This document shows positions 38,925-49,500 of a DNA stretch of 64,000 nucleotides, piece after piece. Below the pieces are notes generated by a model that searched no databases, was not told the DNA's origin, and was given only the letters and a program-made list of their open reading frames with translations. Each line of letters opens with the position of its first letter. Position 1 is the stretch's first letter. The stretch lies in NCBI GenBank assembly GCA_965644295.1, contig CBFFRP010000369.1:35221-99220 (forward strand), given 5' to 3'. Position numbers and translations under genes: made by a program. This stretch comes from Paraphysomonas bandaiensis (taxonomy: Eukaryota; Protista; Chrysophyceae).

Positions 38925-39530
38925 CCTTTGGTTGCACCACTCCGTGATTGCTTGTTGTGCAATTCTGAATGCACCATGGTGCAACCATTCGAGTCGTGAT
39001 ATGTAGTCAGGGAATCTTCCTTTGGGGAGTATCTCTGTTGTATTCTACGATGGTGATTGCTGTATTGTTGAAGGCGTAACTTGGTGATAAGCCCTGTAAT
39101 TTGACAGGTTGTATATCTGAGCTGGAATTACTTCGATAGGGGACAGCGGTATGTGGGCGTGGGTGTGACCGGAGGGAAGATTGTAGTCTTGGGGCGGAGG
39201 GTGTTGTTTTAGGATAGCGATAACATCATGGGGGCATGGTTGGTAGTATGTCGGCAACCCCTGTCTTTGAGCATGAAGATGCCGTCTTTGTAAAGTGAAA
39301 TAGGAGGATGACAATAGATTTATGTGTTTAAACGCATCAGCTAATTGTGAGGCTGGTATGTGCCCAGGGCTGTCGCTCTACTTTTGAGTAATGCAAGTGG
39401 AATACAGACAATGCCTTTTAGGGCAAAGTATGTTGACGAGAGGATAATAGCAGTCCGAGAAATGTGCGACACCAGATTCAAGAATGAACTACAAAAAACG
39501 GATTCAAGAAGAAACAAATAACATTAATGC
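38925..39530 (-). mobile_element. Degenerate 3' fragment of a related LINE family
   Basis: LINE-like composition and Pro/His/Gln-rich ORF 39045-39314 leading (minus strand) into the same 'GGTTGCACCATGGTGC' head motif. Confidence 0.5.
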
Positions 39531-39654
39531 GGTAAAATCGTTAATTGTATAAGCAATATGTTCAATTCTAACACTATGAATACATTACATATCAAGGTTT
39601 GACATCGTGAATGTCTTATTGTTTTTAACAATAAGCGTGCAAGAGTCAGAATTC

Positions 39655-39757
39655 ATGTAGCAAAACAATTTAACTAACTAGTGCTTAACTCTGATACCCT
39701 ACTATTTAGCGCTATACGAACGCTGCTTGTGAGTCATCGCAAGCACCATTGTGCAAC
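39655..39757 (-). mobile_element. Short LINE-3'-derived element, subfamily B
   Basis: 'tagcaaaacaatttaactaactagtgcttaactctgata...gctgcttgtgagtcatcgcaagcaccattgtgcaac' matches 10644-10735. Confidence 0.8.
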
Positions 39758-40482
39758 AAATTTTTCTCTCTGTCCTTAAGGTTAACTAGCCCGGATGTTT
39801 GACTTCAGCAGGCAGCTCAATACCCCGGATGTCCTTGAGGTGGGCCCATTCCCGGATGCCTGTTTATTCGTCAAGGCCCAAAAACGTCTACACAAGTGAC
39901 ACTTATTGATCTCCCTTGTACCACACGAGCATTCGGCTATGAGTGGGCAGATGAATATCTGCTGACTATATGATTGCGGCTCACGTTAGTTTCCCAGAGA
40001 GAATCTGTCCGGTACTTATCCCCCAGAACACCACGAAAAGGAGCGAGTCCGACTTTGAGGGAAGGTTTGACATTAGGAAAGTAAGTATCTGAGCGTTGAA
40101 CTCACTGAATAATCAATCCTGCCATATAGATAGACACAATCTGACACAGTCAAAATTACTCAATTAGGCTTCATAGCACGTCAACTTCATATAATACTGC
40201 CAGTAGATACAGTATCCTTCAAACAACGGATAAAATTCAAAACCTTAGATATACAGCTTTTAATTGCTTACGAATACGCAAAACTCAGCCTTACTGTCTG
40301 AATGTATAAATTCCACACATTTCTACTTATTTACGCATATCGTTAGAAATCGAGAATTAAACCAAAAATAATAGCTCGCCAACGCAAAATCAGTGTCACC
40401 ACTATAGAATATGCAAACATATAGTATCAAACATAGATTATGACATCCAAGATGGATGCTATCTAGGTCAAATTCAGTCGTG

Positions 40483-42147
40483 CTACTTCTTTCTTCCTCT
40501 TTTCGACTTCGAGCCTTTAGCGGTGCTAGACGCTCTTTCCTCTGCTGCCCCACGTTTCTTCTTTGTATCCTTCGCTGGATCACTTTTGCATGCTCCCTCT
40601 GAAAGGAGAGGCAATTTCGAAAGCATAGCCGTATACTCAGTTTCTTTAGAGGAATCCACAGCAGCTATCACTAGACATGCATGGGCATATCCACACGAAA
40701 TATCCATAGGGTTGATATCTCCTAGAGCACTCAGAAAGGTGGGATTGGCACTTGATTTGGCACCACCATCCAATCCAAACCGACCTGCGACTGTGGTGCC
40801 CCAGAAAACGCAAGCGGAATCTGCAGCCACAAGTACCCACGAACTACCTCCAGATATGATACGGGTATTCCAATCCAAAAGTTCCTGTTGCATACGTGGG
40901 TAAATAGAAGCCTCGCCGCGAGGGCTGTTCGGTAAGATTCCACAAAAATACAAGTTCTGTGATTTGGATACGGCAACTGTGTACGAGGAGCCACAATAGA
41001 CCTCACGGATTTGTTTCTGTGGAGATGGTCGAGGCGAAACAAACGCACACACTTCACGAGGAATAGACTCATCGTTTACACCGTTATGACCAAGTCGTCC
41101 GTATCCACCAAACCCCCATGAGAACACACGGTTAGAGGGCTTGTCTTTAACGGTCCCATCTTCTGTAGTTTCTTCCCACTCCTCTATACACCAACTATGG
41201 TTCTTACCTACGGACACATATACTATTCACCCTCTAACCATACACTGACACAAAGTTACAATACCTGCAGCTACGGAGCGTATTTTAATATCCATCGCAC
41301 CAGTACGGCCAGTGATATTTCCTTTATTATCCTTTGTCAAATATTCTCGAATGAGTGTGGGAGAGGTCGTGTAACTGTACTGAATACCCTTTTTTCCCTC
41401 CATCAAATAGCCATCAGATGTTCCATCACCCAGCTGCCCACACTGCGGATGCCCAAAAGAATATACTTGTCCGTCCTCACTGCATATGAGAGAGTGCTCG
41501 TACCCACACGCAATGTCACGTATGCGTGCAATTGAAAGTTTCCTAGGACTACTTACATCACGCGGACCCAATCCTAAACCTAGTTGTCCACATGCATTCG
41601 AACCGCACGCGAATACTTCGCCGTTGTCCATTAGAAAGAGAGTGTGATGTTTCCCGGTTGATACTTTCTTCAGGACTGCGCCAGAGAATTCTGGAACTAA
41701 AACAGGAGCGTGCTGCGTAGACCCGCTGCTACCAATTCCCAGCTGACCATTATCATTCTTACCAAGCGCATACAAGCGTCCATCTGCGAGTAAAATGAAC
41801 AAATGGTTGGATGAAGAGGATGAAAACGTCCGGGCTACAGGACACTCAAACGGGATGACATGTGGAGTGTCGAGACCCACACACCCCTTCGAGGTTGCAT
41901 TGTCCCAGTCAACACTGCCGACAATCACCAGATCACCTCCTGAGATGATAGGGGGAGTGTCAGAGGGAGCGGGGGTGTCAGAGGAAGTAGAGTCACTAGC
42001 ATGTTCCTTAATGAACCTGACAAGAGTTGTGAATACATAGATACACATATACACATACACATATACGACTACATGTTAATACTGAGACACAGAAACAGAC
42101 AGAGCAGAACAGAGGAGGAGATGAACTTACGTTTCTAATGGATTCAT
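40483..42147 (-). CDS. RCC1-repeat protein, RCC2/TD-60-like; 3 exons
   Basis: RCC1 repeats 'GRLYALGKNDNGQLG', 'VFACGSNACGQLG', 'VYSFGHPQCGQLGDG', 'VFSWGFGGYGRLGH'; basic NLS-like C-terminus. Confidence 0.9.
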
Positions 42148-42273
42148 CTCAAATAGGTCCGCTATGAAGATGCGAACAACTAATACTGTGATGTGGTACA
42201 GAGAGTTTAAAACAATGCACGCATATCACACTACACCACACATACATAGATACACATGTAACCATGACATCCA

Positions 42274-43083
42274 ACATACATACATACATACATACATACA
42301 TACATACATACATACATACATACATACATACATACATACATACATACATACATACATACATACATACATACATACATACATACATACATACATACATACA
42401 TACATACATACATACATACATACATACATACATACATACATACATACATACATACATACATACATACATACATACATACATACATACATACATACATACA
42501 TACATACATACATACATACATACATACATACATACATACATACATACATACATACATACATACATACATACATACATACATACATACATACATACATACA
42601 TACATACATACATACATACATACATACATACATACATACATACATACATACATACATACATACATACATACATACATACATACATACATACATACATACA
42701 TACATACATACATACATACATACATACATACATACATACATACATACATACATACACATACATACATACATACATACATACATACATACATACATACATA
42801 CATACATACATACATACATACATACATACATACATACATACATACATACATACATACATACATACATACATACATACATACATACATACATACATACATA
42901 CATACATACATACATACATACATACATACATACATACATACATACATACATACATACATACATACATACATACATACATACATACATACATACATACATA
43001 CATACATACATACATACATACATACATACATACATACATACATACATACATACATACATACATACATACATACATACATACAT
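42274..43083. repeat. (ACAT)n microsatellite, ~810 bp
   Basis: Direct observation; one interruption near 42756. Confidence 0.99.
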
Positions 43084-43119
43084 GGTGGTGTAGCTGTCTG
43101 TAGTAGTGTATAATCCTTC

Positions 43120-44204
43120 ATGTCACACCTAGATAAAAGCACTTGTTTACTCGGCGATGGTAAGGAGATCCCGTGGGTGGGGTTTGGCACGTATCTCTCC
43201 TCCAGTGATGACGTCAGGAGCAGCTGTGCGTATGCTCTTGAGTGTGGGTACATGCATATAGATACAGCTGAGGTCAGTGATAGGGGCCGATGACATGGAT
43301 CGGATAGTTGTATATGTGTTATCGTATATGTATTCTGTGTATATATGACTGTAGTATGTCGCCTGTATGTATGTATGTATATATATATGTGTGTCTTATT
43401 GTTAGTGTGTTATGCTGTACGGCTATAGTGTATAACATGCAGATATGGTGTATCGATTAGGGATATAAATCTGAAGAGGATGTCGGTTACGTGTTAGCGA
43501 ATACACAAGCCTCGAAGCCCTTTATAACTACCAAACTCTGGCCAGGAATGGAAGGTAATGTAAAGACCTACGAAGAGACAATAGAATCTTGTCAAGCTAG
43601 CATTGCAAAGCTCGGAATAGAATATGTGGACTTGTATCTAATACATGCCCCGTTCGGAGGCCCTATTGGTCGAATTGAACAGTGGCGTGCTCTAGTTGAG
43701 CTGCAAAGGCGTGGTTTATGCAAATCCATTGGTGTGTCGAATTTTTCTGTAAAGCATTTGGAGGAGTTGAAATCTGCGGGGTTACCACTACCAGCAGCTA
43801 ATCAGCTAGAGTTACATCCTTTGTGTCAGCATCGTGATATTGTAGAATATTGTAAGTTGAACAATATATTACCCATTGCGTACTCCAGTTTAGCACCGCT
43901 CTCCTCATGGAGGCCGGGACAACGGTCTGCGAAATTGGATATGAATGACCCCTCAAGCACCCATTGCGAATTGTACAACACTCTGTCAGAGAAATATTCT
44001 ATTTCACCGGCACAATTGTTATTACGGTGGGCATTGCAGCACGGATGGCCTGTGTTACCGAAATCCATCAATTCGTCCCGAATTGAGAGCAATTTTCAGC
44101 TTTTTCATTTTAACATTAGTGATGATGATATGTGTGCTCTTGATGGACTTGACGAGAATCTAACGTTCGCTTGGCCTAATGGCGATCCATGCCTGTCTCC
44201 GTAG
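43120..44204 (+). CDS. Aldo-keto reductase; intron ~43273-43460
   Basis: 'IPWVGFGTY', 'HIDTAE/GY', 'FITTKLW', 'YVDLYLIHAP', 'SIGVSNF', 'NQLELHP', 'AQLLLRWALQ', 'LPKS'. Confidence 0.95.
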
Positions 44205-44399
44205 GGATTAGTTATCATGCCGATTATTTTTCAAGAGCTCTGAAGTGTTTTTTCGGAATCCAGAATTCTAACAAACACGATTATAGAATTAACAGCAGAC
44301 ACTATCCCACTGAGAATGGTATGAATTAATAATGCTAGTTGTTGCTTTCAAATAACCTCGTTTCAACCTGTTGAACGCGGGCCGATATAGCCTCCTTAT

Positions 44400-45135
44400 C
44401 AGGGAGCGATAACACTACATTGCAATATATTGCCAACAAAAAATTTATTAAATATGTTGCAATATATTGCACTATATGGATATACATTGGGAGTTTTAGT
44501 AGAGGTTACAACATGATGATGATAAGCCAGTAACAATGCAGCAACTAGTACTCTAAGTATTCCAACTCTTCGTCACTGTCGTCCTCGTTCTAGTCATATA
44601 TAGGACGGTCCATCATCGATAACCTGTTGCACTGTCTTTGCGGTCCACAAGTGCTTGTTGAAGCGACGGAAGAGCAGTAGTTCGAGGCATTGTGGGGTCA
44701 TTCCTTGTCGCAAGTGTGTCATGATAATCTTGGCTCTGCTGAACAAACGCTCCACAACGGTAGTTGCACTGAATATGTGCTTGGTCGATCGATACTGGAT
44801 GTCAAGCTGTCGTCGTGACTTCTTGGTACCTTTGTGAATTCAAATGCAGCAGCAGCGTTTCTTACATTTGCCAATTCGACGGCCTTGTCCAGTTTATCAG
44901 CTTCTTCTGCATCCGTTCACTGTTCACTCTACTGGCATCTTGCTTACTGACTGGCATACTGGCATGCTCTTACAGTCTTTAGTTGTACGAGGAGGACAGC
45001 ACTTTTAACAGTTTGCAGTTTACTATCTGGTGAAAGCTCTTGACAGAGACAACACGAATTATAATATCGAACATGATATTATAATTATAGATGAGTTATG
45101 TGGTTATGAAGAGAAATTTATGATTAATCAAATTA
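44400..45135 (-). mobile_element. Internally deleted hAT element, same family as 25177-25824; its other end probably lies at ~46370-46470
   Basis: Starts CAGGGAGCGATAAC; minus-strand 'VVERLFSRAKIIMTHLRQGMTPQCLELLLFRRFNKHLW'; nucleotide similarity to 25177-25690; 46380-46468 resembles 25710-25821. Confidence 0.85.
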
Positions 45136-45139
45136 TTTT

Positions 45140-45326
45140 CAATATTGAAAGTCTTATTTTATTAGCAATAAGCGTTAAAAATCTGCACCAACTCAGTAGC
45201 TAGATGATGAATGCTAGACAAACTAGTCAGACCACTACCTGTAACTAATCAGTACAAACTCTTTTTTCCTACTATTTAACGCTACGAGAACTGCTTGTGC
45301 GTCGCCGCAAGCACCAAGGTGCAACA
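45140..45326 (-). mobile_element. Short LINE-3'-derived element, subfamily A
   Basis: 'cctactatttaacgcta...ctgcttgtgcgtcgccgcaagcaccaaggtgcaac' is nearly identical to 56897-56954. Confidence 0.85.
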
Positions 45327-45419
45327 ATTCTCGCTATATGATAGATGTGTATGTAGGGGACGACGTTGTACAACGTACATCATGACAAGTGAAAGCAGTG
45401 ATCTAAGTCTACTACTACC

Positions 45420-46270
45420 ACACTGGAACGCTTAAGACTAAGCATACATTGTGTGCAATTTGCATCGGGGACTGCCTTATGTGCCTCACGGCAACCAGGG
45501 GAAGCAGTAATATACCCTTCTGAAATTGGCGATCTGGTGGCCTTCCTTTAGGCATTGTGTCAAGTGGCTCGGAGGTATGCGGATGAAGGTCTTGCAGAAG
45601 GTTATGGCCTACTGTGAAGAAGCGTCGAAAGCGACTCTTTTGCTGTCTTAGCCAGCGGCAGAAAGCACATGCAAGAGAGTGTATAGCTGGACAGGAGTGG
45701 GATATGAGTGTTATCCGGTGTGTCCAGCAACAGGGAGTCGAGAGGGAGTGTGATGATCCAGAAGAGGCACACTATCTGATTGAGGAGTGTGAGACTGTGT
45801 AATAGAACTAGGTCTGCCAAGGTCGAGTACTCTGATAGACCTATGCACGAGATGATCATGATGATGGTCTGGAGGAGAGACTCTAATGTCCTCAGCTTCC
45901 CTTGTTAGTGTGTACGTTAGTGCAGGGGGGTACAGGCTGAGGCATAGAGTGTGTGTGGAGGAGAGATGACGGCAAAGTATAAGAGACGAAGGGAGGGGAG
46001 ATAGTTTGTCTGGAGGTTTTCGAGGAGGAGGTAGAGTGTAAGGTGCGTGTGTATGACAGTGCAGTGGTGTTATGAGTGTGTTGGATAGAGAGAGCTGGTG
46101 ATGTGTCCAGTTAGGCAAGACGGGAAATTGCAAGGCCAAGCAATGGGGCTTGGAACGTGTACAACATGTTTGGACAAGAGTTTTGTCGGTAAGGTGGTGT
46201 GATACAAAATGCAGCAGTGCGTGCAGCAGTACTGGGCCTGGGCCAGCCAATGTAACACATCCACGGTCTA
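45420..46270 (-). mobile_element. Highly degenerate retroelement-like fragment (possible Copia gag-pre-integrase remnant)
   Basis: Minus strand 'LSTLLHSR' followed by a CxxC ('CTQC'); lies between the two halves of a hAT element. Weak. Confidence 0.3.
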
Positions 46271-46501
46271 AACTGAGACATAGATCGTGGTGTGAGATAA
46301 AAAGATGTAACTTTTTGTTGGGCTATATTTTCAACCAGATCAAGGTAAGTTCATATTTTCAAAGACACACAACCATGAGCAATATTATTCAATATATTGC
46401 GAAGCCATATTGGCAAAAATAATAATAAATATATTTGTAGCAAGCAAAAATACATTTTTACCTGGCCATATGCCTCTTAGTTTTTTACTTATTATTAGAA
46501 T

Positions 46502-49500
46502 CTCAGAAGATCGCCTTCAGAGTCGTCAAGAACTTGATAATTTGGTTCGGATTCTTGAACGCCTCTTGCTAAATAAAAGGCATTTACAACTTAGAACTTC
46601 AGAGTAATGTTCACGTCCGCCAAACGATATGTACAAAGCGATAATCTTGCAATTTTAACATGCCATGACTGAACGAGCTCAACAGAAGGAAAATACTATT
46701 CATATCTATTACGGGGTGCCCTCATTCTCATAAACACCACATACATGTACACGAGGATTGCAAAAAAGTATACATAAAATACATTTAAAACACACTAAAA
46801 TGCTATAACGGGACAAAAAAGTACTGCATCCGATCATACGCATCTGACTCACGAAAACTAAATCGAAACCCTTCAGCAGAAGGATATGTTATCGGAAAAC
46901 GAAAACACTTTTATATACTTCCCGACAGGAGAAGGAGAGTGCATCACCAGACGCATACATGCAATTATAATTCCCCAGAAATGCCGGATTTAAGATCTAC
47001 TTGCTCTACAACTGATTTGGATCGGCATTCGGGCAAGAGCGCGGGACTGTTTCAAACCCAAGAGGTGAGCGCAGTCGCTTACGACTATGTCTTCCAGAAG
47101 TACTATCAGCGTCTTCTGTAGTAAGATCAATAACAGCAGGAAAGCTGTCGATTCGAAACACTTGCTTCGACCCACTACAACTATTAGATGGACTCAGTGC
47201 ATCACTCTCAGTCCGACTAAATTCTACAGGAGACTGAACTACAACTTGGTCAGAAACACCTTCGGAAACAGCAGTAATATCATTCTGCAGTGAGCAAGAT
47301 GGCACCAACTGCTGCCCACAATTTCTTTGACGAGAAACACAACCATCACACGCACCAGTATCCAGGCTGCAAAGTCGACACTTATCTTCTCCAGTACACA
47401 GGGTCTGCCCAGGACAACAAGGCGATATTCCGCGACTACCCACACTAGTTACTGCATTATTCGTATCTACACTCGCAATCGTAGCCAAATCCAGGTTTTC
47501 CGCCGATGTCGGTAGAGTGTATCCCCTGGCGGTATCGGAAGATGATGCTGATTTTTCCAGTCTATGATGTTCACCTGGTGAACCAGTTGATATACCTATG
47601 CCCCTTCGGCTGTCTTGAAATCGAAAAGTCACGTCTCCAAAACGCCTATTACTTACGCCTCGGCAGCAATCCGAAATACTTTGTGAAGTTAAACCCGTGG
47701 CCATTGCAGCTTCCTTTCCTGAGCAGAACACGTTTAGCACTTCGCCAGTCGCAATGTCCACCATTTCCACTGCCTTGGCGCCTGGACCACTGCTCTTTTG
47801 ACCAACTGTGGCTTTAGGTTTCTTCTTGACTTGAGTACAAACGGATTCTTGATCTACATTGGCCGCACCAACCAGCTGGTGATGACACGAGACAACTTTA
47901 GTTTGGGGCACTGAATTATTGGCAACAGTAACATCATTCTGTGGAGCATATCTGTCGCAATAAAAATATTGACGTAAGTTGGCGTAGTTATATATAGCAT
48001 CTTCATCGCACATTCGTGTATAAGAAATCAAACATAGTTTTAGCTATCAGTTTCGCGTATTTCATAGAATTATACATGATTGTACCTCCACATGAATCCA
48101 CCCGCAGAATGAGATATTCCTTTGCAGCACTTAGTTATCGAGGATGCTCTAGCCCCAGTGGCCTTCGAAGCCACAACGTTCGATGGATACGTGGTGATTA
48201 CTTTTCCTGTGTAGAAATCAAGCCGTTGTACGGCTTTCCCCTTTACTTCAGCGGAGCCCACTTGACTATCAGCCGTTTCCATTTCATGTACAAAACTTTC
48301 TTCTACACCCCTGTGGTAGTAATCTTGATCAATGGCCAGGAGAGGGGCTATATTATCTCCAGTCTTCATATCCAGGTTTTCCGCCGATGTCGGTAGGGTG
48401 TATTCCCTGGCGGTATCGGAAGATGATGCTGATTTTTCCAGTCTATGATGTTCACCTGGTGAACCAGTTGATATACCTATGCCCCTTTGACTGTCTTGAA
48501 ATCGAAAAGTCACGTCTCCAAAACGCCTATTACTTACGCCTCGGCAGCAATCCGAAATACTTTGTGAAGTTAAACCCGTGGCCATTGCAGCTTCCTTTCC
48601 TGAGCAGAACACGTTTAGCACTTCGCCAGTCGCAATGTCCACCATTTCCACTGCCTTGGCGCCTGGACCACTGCTCTTTTGACCAACTGTGGCTTTAGGT
48701 TTCTTCTTGACTTGAGTACAAACGGATTCTTGATCTACATTGGCCGCACCAACCAGCTGGTGATGACACGAGACAACTTTAGTTTGGGGCACTGAATTAT
48801 TGGCAACAGTAACATCATTCTGCGGAGCATATCTGTCGCAATAAAAATATTGACGTAAGTTGGCGTAGTTATATATAGCATCTTCATCGCACATTCGTGT
48901 ATACGAAATCAAACATAGTTTTAGCTATCAGTTTCGCGTATTTCATAGAATTATACATGATTGTACCTCCACATGAATCCACCCGCAGAATGAGATATTC
49001 CTTTGCAGCACTTAGTTATCGAGGATGCTCTAGCTCCAGTGGCCTTCGAAGCCACAACGTTCGATGGATACGTGGTGATTACTTTTCCTGTGGAGAAATC
49101 AAGCCGTTGTACGGCTTTCCCCTTCACTTCAGCGGAGCCCACTTGACTATCAGCCGTTTCCATTTCATGTACAAAACTTTCTTCTACACCCCAGTAGTAG
49201 TAATCTTGATCACTGACCGGGAGAGGGGCTATATTATCTCCAGTCTTTATATCCAGGTTTTCCGCCGATGTCGGTAGAGTGTATCCCCTGGCGGTATCGG
49301 AAGATGATGCTGATTTTTCCAGTCTATGATGTTCACCTGGTGAACCAGTTGATATACCTATGCCCCTTTGACTGTCTTGAAATCGAAAAGTCACGTCTCC
49401 AAAACGCCTATTACTTACGCCTCGGCAGCAATCCGAAATACTTTGTGAAGTTAAACCCGTGGCCATTGCAGCTTCCTTTCCTGAGCAGAACACGTTTAGC

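Noticed and set aside
42149-43253. Long 'MYVC'/'HTYI' repeat ORFs (also 23812-24215)
   Set aside because: Translations of (ACAT)n, which has no stop codon in any frame; not evidence of proteins.
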